Under the pieces are notes generated by a model. It made no database searches. It was given only the letters and a program-made list of their open reading frames with translations, and had not been told where the DNA came from. 64,000 bases of DNA. Origin: an uncultured Mollicutes bacterium (GTDB lineage Bacteria > Bacillota_I > Bacilli_A > RFN20 > CAG-826). Shown here one piece after another: positions 56,940 to 64,000 of the stretch. Made by a program: the position numbers and the translations under genes. Positions within the stretch are counted from its first letter, which is position 1. Every line of letters starts with the position of its first letter. Location: NCBI GenBank assembly GCA_900539595.1, contig UQCQ01000001.1, forward strand, positions 80,626 through 144,625. The letters are read 5' to 3'.

Positions 56940-58787
56940 TTATTTCTTCTCAGGAGCGACGTAAACTTCGCCGTTAACCGTCAATCCATCCATGGCAGTC
57001 ATGATGCCGTGTTTCCAGTGTTTGATAAGGCCCAGGTATTTGCGGACCTTCAACGTGCAATTGGTGAATTGGGAATCGTTGCAGTGCTGCGTCGCGAAGA
57101 TCATGACGCAATCGCGGTCCCCTAAGTCGAAGGTGCAATCCGTGACAATGTTCGTCATGAAGCGGAAGGCTCCAACCCAGCCCCAATCGAGTTTGGTCAT
57201 ATCGGGATCATCGATGGAGAATGCGCCACCGGTAGCGCGCAAGGTCACGTTTTCAAGCTTCGTATTTTGAATGCCGCCAGCAAGAAGCGGGCAGTTATTC
57301 GTTCCGTTGAACCAAACGTCATTGAACGTCAGATTCTTAATGGTTGCTCCCTCCAACTGGCAGAAAAGACCATAGGAATAATTGCCTTGTCCCGTGATGG
57401 TTTTGCCATTTCCATCTAGCGTCCCTTTAAACGCATAATGGTTTACGTCATTTTTCCATCCACCAATCCAGGGCACGCCCAGGAAATTTTCGGCTTTATA
57501 GACGTCGTGGCTGATATTCTCCATCAACTTGTAATATCCGGTAACCACGTGGTCAGGATCAGAAGAACGAACCGGCTTAATCAAGCTGAAGGTTTCGTCA
57601 TTATCGTAAATTAACGCGGTAGCCATCGTGACTGGAACTTTGATTTCGTGGTCAAATTCCGGAACGATGCCATCTTTTGGAGTCGTGACGACGACCTTCA
57701 ATGCACCGACGCCATGGTGTTCTTTATGTTCTTTAAGCGCGGCGACATCCAAATTATTAAGGTCGGTTCCCAAATCATAGGAAGTGGTCTCATTCACTTC
57801 GTAACGGATGCTCTTCACCGTGTCTTTCGTGGCATCGAAGCTCGTGCCCGTTAAGGCAATCTTCGGAGTCGCATTCAAGTCGACGTCTTGGTTATCGACG
57901 ATCTTTTTGTTGAATTTAATAGGTTCTTGGCAAACGCAGCCAAAGACGTCGTATTCTTCGCTTTCCGTGTTCCAAGACGCGTCATTATGAGAGATGGTCA
58001 AGGTGGTAGACGCTTCCACTCCGTTATAGTCTTCCCCTTCTTGGACCGTCGCCTTCACGTAGAAGACTTTGGGGTCTGAGGAAGCGGGGGAATTCAAGAA
58101 AGAATAATCCGCGCCTAACTGTTCTGCGGTTTTGTATTCTCCATTCTCTGAATCCGCGAAGGTATAAACGATTTCCCCAAACGTGGAAGTCACGCCTTCT
58201 AGGCTAGAGAAGGGTTTGAAACCACAGACCTTTTCTAAGGGTTCCAGCCCTTCGATGACGTTTTCTTTCTTGCTTAAAGTGACATTGGTTTGAACCGTTA
58301 AATCACTATAGGTAAACGTCATCTTCAAATCTTGGGAGTTCAAATCTCCCACAGTGAAACTCGTCGCTCCCGAGGTCGGATAGGAATATTGGATTTTCGC
58401 CTTTTTGGCATCGCTTAATACCGTTCCTTGGCAGAATTCGCATTTCACCGCGAATTCGGCGTGTTCCATATCAAAGGTATCCCCAACGCAATAATGGGTT
58501 TGGAAGGAACCAGAAATCGTTAGTGCTTTCGTTCCTTTGTGGTTATTCGCATCGATGGGAGTTTTAACCGGGGCCTCGATCTCTGCCCCCGTCATGTCAA
58601 AAAACTTATCGCACCCCGAACAGGTTTGATAGGCTTCTGTCCCTTCTTCGCAGCAGGTGGGGAACACCTCTTCATGGGTTTCAAACTCATGAACGTGCTC
58701 TTTTTGGCCCCCACAGGAAACTAGTCCCATCAAGGCCAAAGAAGGCAGCACCAGCAACCGGACTTTTGGATTTTTCATCATCTTCAT
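56940..58787 (-). CDS. surface lipoprotein with a C-terminal beta-helix (GLUG-like) module; paralog of 46140..48020
   Basis: MKMMKNPKVRLLVLPSLALMGLVSCGG lipobox. ATG 58787 with GGAAAGGAG. C-terminal YAFKGTLDGNGKTITG...GATIKNLTFNDV. Confidence 0.75.
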   Translation of the reverse strand: MKMMKNPKVRLLVLPSLALMGLVSCGGQKEHVHEFETHEEVFPTCCEEGTEAYQTCSGCDKFFDMTGAEIEAPVKTPIDANNHKGTKALTISGSFQTHYCVGDTFDMEHAEFAVKCEFCQGTVLSDAKKAKIQYSYPTSGATSFTVGDLNSQDLKMTFTYSDLTVQTNVTLSKKENVIEGLEPLEKVCGFKPFSSLEGVTSTFGEIVYTFADSENGEYKTAEQLGADYSFLNSPASSDPKVFYVKATVQEGEDYNGVEASTTLTISHNDASWNTESEEYDVFGCVCQEPIKFNKKIVDNQDVDLNATPKIALTGTSFDATKDTVKSIRYEVNETTSYDLGTDLNNLDVAALKEHKEHHGVGALKVVVTTPKDGIVPEFDHEIKVPVTMATALIYDNDETFSLIKPVRSSDPDHVVTGYYKLMENISHDVYKAENFLGVPWIGGWKNDVNHYAFKGTLDGNGKTITGQGNYSYGLFCQLEGATIKNLTFNDVWFNGTNNCPLLAGGIQNTKLENVTLRATGGAFSIDDPDMTKLDWGWVGAFRFMTNIVTDCTFDLGDRDCVMIFATQHCNDSQFTNCTLKVRKYLGLIKHWKHGIMTAMDGLTVNGEVYVAPEKK

Positions 58788-58950
58788 AGCAGCTCCTTTC
58801 CTTTCGTTACAAGAAGATTGATTTCGTAGGAGGAGGTACAAGACGTTAAGCAAGCCATCAATGACCAAGGGATTGGCTCTTTAACGTTTCGCCCTTCAAG
58901 TTGAGGATGGAGGGGCTCAGGGGACCAATCGTCCCCGTTGCCCTAGAAAT

Positions 58951-60192
58951 CTATTTATGTTCAATCGTTTCGGTAGCCCCGTTGTGCAAACGGCTTTCTT
59001 CCGCGGCAAAGGCCATAAGGTGACTTTCAATGGAAGCTTCTAGAGTTGTTCCGCCCGGTTTATCCGAGACGATGAAGTCATAGAGGGCGTTAATTAACCC
59101 ATCATCGCCTCCGCCGTGTCCGCTCACCGCGTCAACAAGAGTGGAGATTTCAATCGTCTCCTTCTTCTTTCCAAATTCCATGATGTCGATGCGACCCGCC
59201 TCTTCGTCGAGGTCGATTTCTCCTAACGTCCCATAGAATTTCATGATGCGTCCTCCCCCGTAGGTAAAGGCCGTCATGCGGAGGTTCGCCGTCACGCCAT
59301 TTTGGAAACGCATAATCGTCATCTCGTTATCCACGACGTCGTTATCGCAGGCGAAGACGCAACGTCCATAAGGGCCGTGGTCCAAGGCATCGATAATGGC
59401 TTCGTCCGTAATGGGGCGGACATCGGTAATCATCTTCTTGCCCCAGAAGTTATGGACAAGATAAGCCTCGTAGGCATCGTAAGGGCATTGGCCGCGGTAT
59501 TTGCAGTTTTGGCAGCGGTCGCTCGCCCCTTCCGGCTGATTTTCTTTCTTAAAATAACGGAGGTCTCCCCTGGAATTGAGGGATTCGCATTTGCTGCCCG
59601 AATACCAAACGAGCAAATCGAGGTCATGGCAGCATTTGGCCAAAATCATCGGAGAGGTCTCTTCGCTTTTCCGCCAATTGCCGCGAACAAAGGAATGGGC
59701 TTGGTGGAGGTAGCCGACATTTTCAATCGAATCGATCATCACGAGTTGGCCGATTTTCCCCGCGTCGAGAAGGTCTTTGACCCTGCGGAAAGCAGGAGCA
59801 AACCGAAGCACGTGGCAAACAAAGATTTTATGGCCGTATTTCCGATGGGCTTCTAGAAGTTCTTCCACTTCTTCTTTCACCCCCGAGATCGGTTTTTCGC
59901 AGAGAATGTCATAACCAAGTTTCAAAGCTTTGATGCAATGGCCCACATGGTCGCGGTCTTGGGTGGCGACAATTAAAATATCGCCGCGATTTTTAGCGAA
60001 GAATTCGTTCTCCTCGTAGAAGCAATTCTCGTCTTTTAATTGGAATTGCTCTTTGGCTTGGCGGACCCGTTCATGGTTGATATCGCAGACGGCAACCAAT
60101 TCATAACGGTCCTTTTGAAGAAACATCCTCTCCAAATAACACATCCCACGATGTCCTAAGCCGATGCAGCAGACTTTAAACCTTTTTTCCAT
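58951..60192 (-). CDS. Gfo/Idh/MocA-family NAD(P)-dependent oxidoreductase with a Cys-rich insert (CQNCKYRGQC)
   Basis: N-terminal Rossmann motif CCIGLGHRG, an EKP motif, and length 413 aa. Confidence 0.85.
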   Translation of the reverse strand: MEKRFKVCCIGLGHRGMCYLERMFLQKDRYELVAVCDINHERVRQAKEQFQLKDENCFYEENEFFAKNRGDILIVATQDRDHVGHCIKALKLGYDILCEKPISGVKEEVEELLEAHRKYGHKIFVCHVLRFAPAFRRVKDLLDAGKIGQLVMIDSIENVGYLHQAHSFVRGNWRKSEETSPMILAKCCHDLDLLVWYSGSKCESLNSRGDLRYFKKENQPEGASDRCQNCKYRGQCPYDAYEAYLVHNFWGKKMITDVRPITDEAIIDALDHGPYGRCVFACDNDVVDNEMTIMRFQNGVTANLRMTAFTYGGGRIMKFYGTLGEIDLDEEAGRIDIMEFGKKKETIEISTLVDAVSGHGGGDDGLINALYDFIVSDKPGGTTLEASIESHLMAFAAEESRLHNGATETIEHK

Positions 60193-60212
60193 TGTTCTTG
60201 CCTTCTTTCTTT

Positions 60213-61409
60213 TTAAATCGATTCCGTTAAGTTGGCTTTGACCTGATTTAACGTGGTTTGGCTGATGCCGCAGACTGTTTTTAAGTAATGGCTAATCGCT
60301 CCGCTTAGGGAGTTGTCGCTGGTTTTGTAATTCTCCATCATCGCTTGGTGCAAAGCCCCAAATCCGACGTAGTTATTCGCATCATCCTGCATGACGCCGC
60401 TCGAATCAAATTCCCCATCGACGATATTGCTTCTCCAACGCTTGGAGTTATAAATCGAGGTCAATTCGAAGTCCTTGCATAAATCTTCATAACTAACTCC
60501 AAGCAATCCATTCACCAAATAGGCAAGGGTTCCCGTGCGGTCGGCTCCTGCCGTGCAATGGAAGGTCAACGGATAGCTTTCCTTCTTGGCGAGCAATTCA
60601 AACGTCTTTTTGAAGTTCGCATGCGAAGTCGCGTAATATTTTTTGCTCTGGGGGATAATCGAATCGTATTGGCCCATGCCTAGATTCACGTAATTGACCC
60701 CGGAAATCGGGTGTTCCGACTTGGAATAATCCGAACTTCCTGAGCTATAACGGATATCGAGTTCCGTCTTCATGCCAAGTTCTTTAAAGCGCGAATCTGT
60801 CGTATTGTCCGCGCTGCTCCAGGCGGCACTGCGATAGAGGCATCCGTAACGGACACGGTGGGTATCATCGATCTTCCATCCCCCACAATCGCGCATATTC
60901 TTAATGGTATTGTTCGTGTTGATCGTTCTTACGGGCCCTTCTAGAACAAAGGAATCCACAGGAGAAACCATGCTCGGGCTTTTAATCCGATAATAATAGG
61001 TGCCGGGTATCAAGTTATAAACGGGCATGGTTCCCACAGATTTCCTTAAATCCGAATAGGAACGCTCGATATGTTCAAATGCCTCATCCGTTGCAATTTG
61101 AAGGGTATACCGTTCGACCGCTGAAGTGGTGACTTTCCACCTTAACGTCAAAGGAACCGTGTTATCCCCAGGGTTCGAAGAAAGGGAAGCTAGTGTCGAA
61201 GCGGGATTCTTACTATTTAAATAAGCCCTGGCAGGAGCATAAAGCAAATCGATGGATTTCCCGCCGATGGGATCGAGGATTTGGATATTATCCTTATTTT
61301 CTGAGGTGGCGGATTTTTCTGAAGAGGCCGGGGGTTCCACGTTTCCCCCTCCACAGGAAACAAGGCTTAATAAGGCAAAGGCTATAAAAGGGATGATTCT
61401 ATTTTTCAT
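60213..61409 (-). CDS. lipoprotein protein-tyrosine/dual-specificity phosphatase (Y_phosphatase3-like) with an N-terminal beta-sandwich domain
   Basis: MKNRIIPFIAFALLSLVSCGGG lipobox. Catalytic CX5R loop HCTAGADRTG. Confidence 0.8.
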   Translation of the reverse strand: MKNRIIPFIAFALLSLVSCGGGNVEPPASSEKSATSENKDNIQILDPIGGKSIDLLYAPARAYLNSKNPASTLASLSSNPGDNTVPLTLRWKVTTSAVERYTLQIATDEAFEHIERSYSDLRKSVGTMPVYNLIPGTYYYRIKSPSMVSPVDSFVLEGPVRTINTNNTIKNMRDCGGWKIDDTHRVRYGCLYRSAAWSSADNTTDSRFKELGMKTELDIRYSSGSSDYSKSEHPISGVNYVNLGMGQYDSIIPQSKKYYATSHANFKKTFELLAKKESYPLTFHCTAGADRTGTLAYLVNGLLGVSYEDLCKDFELTSIYNSKRWRSNIVDGEFDSSGVMQDDANNYVGFGALHQAMMENYKTSDNSLSGAISHYLKTVCGISQTTLNQVKANLTESI

Positions 61410-61532
61410 AAAGAGGGGCCTCCGAAAAAAGGAATATTAGGAATGCACTTAATATTAACCATAATCTTGGGCAAACGTCCTTCGCCTTCCGCTCAAAACC
61501 CTATTCTTTTTTCGCTTCTATTCCTTGATTTC

Positions 61533-63119
61533 TTAGTTCTTTTGGATAAATTCCATCGTTTTTTCGGCCATCTCATCGATGGAAACACTGCTATAGCCCG
61601 CTAACGTGCTTTCTAGGGTATTGTGCACCCGGTCTTTCCAGTAACTAGGGAGGGCGCGGTAGCCGATTGCCGTACCTAGAACAGAGCCAACAGTCGCCCC
61701 ATTGCAATCGGTGTCGAAGCAGGCTCCGACCGCCATGCAGATGGATTTGCCATAATCCTTGTTGCCGTATAAAAGCGAGGCGGTGACGATTTCGGCATTG
61801 GAGATGGTGTGGCACCAATGATGGCCCTTCCATTCGTCCCAACGGCTACGAATGTCAGCAATGCAATCTTCTGCGGAAACGCCGGATTCGTGTTTTTCAA
61901 TGATTCCAGAAACCGCTTTATGTAATCTCGACGTGGAGGGAATTTGGGATAATCCCGTCCGAATGATGGCTTCGATATCATCCGTCACGAACGCTTCCGC
62001 GATCATGGCCGCCACCCACATGGAGCCATAGACCCCGTTTTTAACATGGGAAACACGGGCATCGCGATAAGCCATCACCGCGGCCATTTCGGGATGGCCC
62101 GGATTGATATAGCCATAGAAATCAGCACGAATTTGAGCTCCAATCCATTCACGGTAAGCATTTTTATATTCCGCGCTTTCGGGAGGGACATAGCCATTGA
62201 TCAAATTGATGTAAGCGACGCGTTCCGCCGTGCAATAGGCGTATTTGGTCTGGGTGGAAAGCCACACCTCCGCCACATCCGCGGACTTAAAATCCCTTCC
62301 ATAACGCTTTAAAACTTCGTAGGCGATAAGGATGTAATTCGTATCGTCATCCGATGGCATGCGATTAAAGTCGCTTGGATAGGCGCGTTGTTTAATCGGG
62401 AAAGTGATGTCAGAGCAATCGATTTTTTCGATTTCTTCCAAACTGATATAGCGGTGCAACGGATAATTGTTGGTCCTAGTTAATACCTTCTCCATATCGG
62501 GCATCTTGATGCATTCAACGGGCTTGCCAAGGTAACAGCCGCAGATGCGCCCCATCCATCCGCCATGCACCTTATCTAAAAGTGCATCGCCACTAGGACA
62601 GGCATGTTCGTCGTTAGCGACATAGCCATCCCGAAGCGCTTTAATCGAGTTCAGGTCATTGGGTTCGACGTATCGATACCCATTACGAGTCGGAAGCGAG
62701 TCCACCATCTTGAAAAGGACATCAGCCAACTCCTCCTTCCGTTTGGTGGAAGGCAATTTGGAAACGGCCAGGAAAACGTCTTTGAGATTCTCGACGTCTT
62801 TGCCTTCGTCTTGCAGTTGCTCATATTCGATTTCAAGGCTTTTCGCATAGGATTCCCAGGCATGCATCTTGCCGTAATCGGGGATGTATTCCTTATCCGT
62901 CCTTCCATCGCTAACGGCTTCATCGTTTCGATCGCAAAGATAATCCATCGTCACGCCAAACATGGTGGCAATGGCAATAAGCTTATCAATGGTTGGCAAG
63001 CCAGCACCGGATTCCCATTTCTGAACGGACTGGCGAGTAACATCGAGTTTCTCTGCAAACGCCTCTTGGGTAATCCCATTTTTGTTTCTTAAAGCGTAGA
63101 TTTTATCGGAGATAGCCAT
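61533..63119 (-). CDS. fusion of an HTH_XRE DNA-binding domain and an ADP-ribosylglycohydrolase (ARH/DraG-like) domain
   Basis: N-terminus ITQEAFAEKLDVTRQSVQKWESG (XRE HTH). C-terminal ARH-type motifs (GACFDTDCNGATVGSVLG). Length 528 aa. Confidence 0.8.
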   Translation of the reverse strand: MAISDKIYALRNKNGITQEAFAEKLDVTRQSVQKWESGAGLPTIDKLIAIATMFGVTMDYLCDRNDEAVSDGRTDKEYIPDYGKMHAWESYAKSLEIEYEQLQDEGKDVENLKDVFLAVSKLPSTKRKEELADVLFKMVDSLPTRNGYRYVEPNDLNSIKALRDGYVANDEHACPSGDALLDKVHGGWMGRICGCYLGKPVECIKMPDMEKVLTRTNNYPLHRYISLEEIEKIDCSDITFPIKQRAYPSDFNRMPSDDDTNYILIAYEVLKRYGRDFKSADVAEVWLSTQTKYAYCTAERVAYINLINGYVPPESAEYKNAYREWIGAQIRADFYGYINPGHPEMAAVMAYRDARVSHVKNGVYGSMWVAAMIAEAFVTDDIEAIIRTGLSQIPSTSRLHKAVSGIIEKHESGVSAEDCIADIRSRWDEWKGHHWCHTISNAEIVTASLLYGNKDYGKSICMAVGACFDTDCNGATVGSVLGTAIGYRALPSYWKDRVHNTLESTLAGYSSVSIDEMAEKTMEFIQKN

Positions 63120-63169
63120 AATGAATATTTCCTTTGTTGTTGCTAAAAATTATGAGTCAGGAGACGTAG

Positions 63170-63203
63170 TTTGCAAACAACCCATCGTTGCATTTTTTGC
63201 AAC
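63170..63203. promoter_or_regulatory. palindromic operators in the XRE-ARH promoter: TTTGCAAA (overlapping -35) and GTTGCA-N5-TGCAAC
   Basis: Read directly. Minus-strand promoter TTTGCA-17-CATAAT. RBS AAAGGAA. Confidence 0.4.
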
Positions 63204-63320
63204 TAACGGTTGTCAATGCAGATTTCGCACCCATCATCTTTCCACGTTCAAAATGGCCAGAAAAACATCTGGTGGCATGCCACTAGCTACATCAAAGCGA
63301 GAACGTTTTTTTGCTGTTTT

Positions 63321-63358
63321 GCGGTAATAAAACGATGATTTTTTCAACTTATTACCGC
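63321..63358. repeat. 10-bp inverted repeat GCGGTAATAA / TTATTACCGC with a 18-nt loop, overlapping the stop codon of the upstream ATPase gene
   Basis: Read directly. No adjacent U-tract on either strand. Confidence 0.3.
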
Positions 63359-64000
63359 AAAAAAGGATTTTCTGCTTGAAGGAATTCAATAAGATTCGCG
63401 TGAACAATGCCATTCCTATGCTGCAACAAATGGTCCATAGTCAAAACGAATTTTGGATAGTTATCGCGAATGGATTCCAAAGGACGATATTCTCGTTCTT
63501 CTGTTTTGGGAACGCCGTTTTCATCGTAGATTCCATTATCGATTGTCTTGGCCACTTGCACATAGGCATATTGATCCCAGCCTTTGCGAAGGGTGAAGTC
63601 GACTTCTAGTCTTCCGATTTTTCCAATACTTGCTTCGTACCCCATGCATTTTGCATAGTTAAAAACGATATTTTCAAGAACCGGCCCATAATTCACGCGA
63701 TTATCTACATTGCTAGCAAAATAGAAGCTTAAATCCGCTAAATAAAACTTTTCCTCGCGGGCCAAAGACTTTTTGCTTTTCAAATCAAAACGTTCGCACC
63801 TAGAAATAATCTGAGCCTTTTCAAGGATTTCCAAATAATGGTAGATGGTTCTCATGCTATGAACCACTCCATTCGTTTTAGACAATTCTTCCGCCAAGCT
63901 CCTCGCGGAGAATATGGCCCCGAAATTATTGATGACGTAACGTTGGACCTGTTCGAATAAAGCTCCATTTTTGATGGTTTTATTCGTCAGGACATCCTTT
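63352..64000 (-). CDS. C-terminal part (DUF4143 region) of an AAA-family ATPase; the gene continues past the window end
   Basis: The minus-strand frame stays open to nt 64000 (KDVLTNKTIKNGALFEQVQRYVINNFGAIFSARSLAEEL...). The track's start is an internal TTG. Confidence 0.65.
   Translation of the reverse strand, partial: KDVLTNKTIKNGALFEQVQRYVINNFGAIFSARSLAEELSKTNGVVHSMRTIYHYLEILEKAQIISRCERFDLKSKKSLAREEKFYLADLSFYFASNVDNRVNYGPVLENIVFNYAKCMGYEASIGKIGRLEVDFTLRKGWDQYAYVQVAKTIDNGIYDENGVPKTEEREYRPLESIRDNYPKFVLTMDHLLQHRNGIVHANLIEFLQAENPFLR

Noticed and set aside
1-64000. CRISPR arrays, rRNA/tRNA genes, transposases, integrases and phage genes
   Set aside because: I scanned the intergenic gaps (5221-5746, 31707-32106, 39216-39605, 56693-56939 and 63120-63351). 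There are no regularly spaced direct repeats, no tRNA-like GTTCRA/T-loop candidates and no recombinase-like ORFs.

Overview
The window is low-GC, lipoprotein-rich chromosomal DNA from a Firmicutes/Mollicutes-like organism that uses the standard genetic code, with every surface protein anchored as a lipobox lipoprotein. I recognise about 55 genes. From start to end: (1) the 3' end of a suf operon (sufC-sufD(short)-sufS-sufU-sufB) running straight into mnmG, which is cut by the window start; (2) a two-gene lipoprotein operon whose first gene carries a parvulin (PrsA-like) foldase domain, then a HIT gene; (3) a minus-strand operon of UPF0104 membrane protein, GT4 glycosyltransferase, recX and yhaM, then nadE and degV; (4) an anaerobic island with an fnr-like regulator, pflA, pflB, nrdD and nrdG, with identical FNR boxes (TTGATTTCAATCAA) upstream of pflA and pflB; (5) a cytoplasmic host-glycan cassette: GH20 hexosaminidase-like, GH95 fucosidase-like and a mutarotase; (6) htpG preceded by a CIRCE element, and recN preceded by a palindromic repeat cluster; (7) DUF362, hemolysin-III, a fused ABC ATPase/FtsX polypeptide and Tex; (8) the most interesting region, about 42.1-58.9 kb: a surface glycan-harvesting locus. 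It holds two paralogous lipoproteins with Big_2 domains and C-terminal beta-helix modules bracketing a lipoprotein SBP plus two LplB/C-type permeases, a DUF4838-like lipoprotein, a 1030-aa Ig-like exoprotein, a GH36 alpha-galactosidase and an orphan ABC ATPase with a DUF624/YesL-like membrane protein. It is followed by a Gfo/Idh/MocA oxidoreductase, a lipoprotein tyrosine phosphatase and an unusual HTH_XRE/ADP-ribosylglycohydrolase fusion regulator with palindromic operators. I found no rRNA, tRNA, CRISPR array or transposase. Many long antisense ORFs in the track are codon-bias shadows. Several track ORFs start at upstream TTG/GTG codons; I moved those to ATG (or GTG) codons with Shine-Dalgarno sequences.
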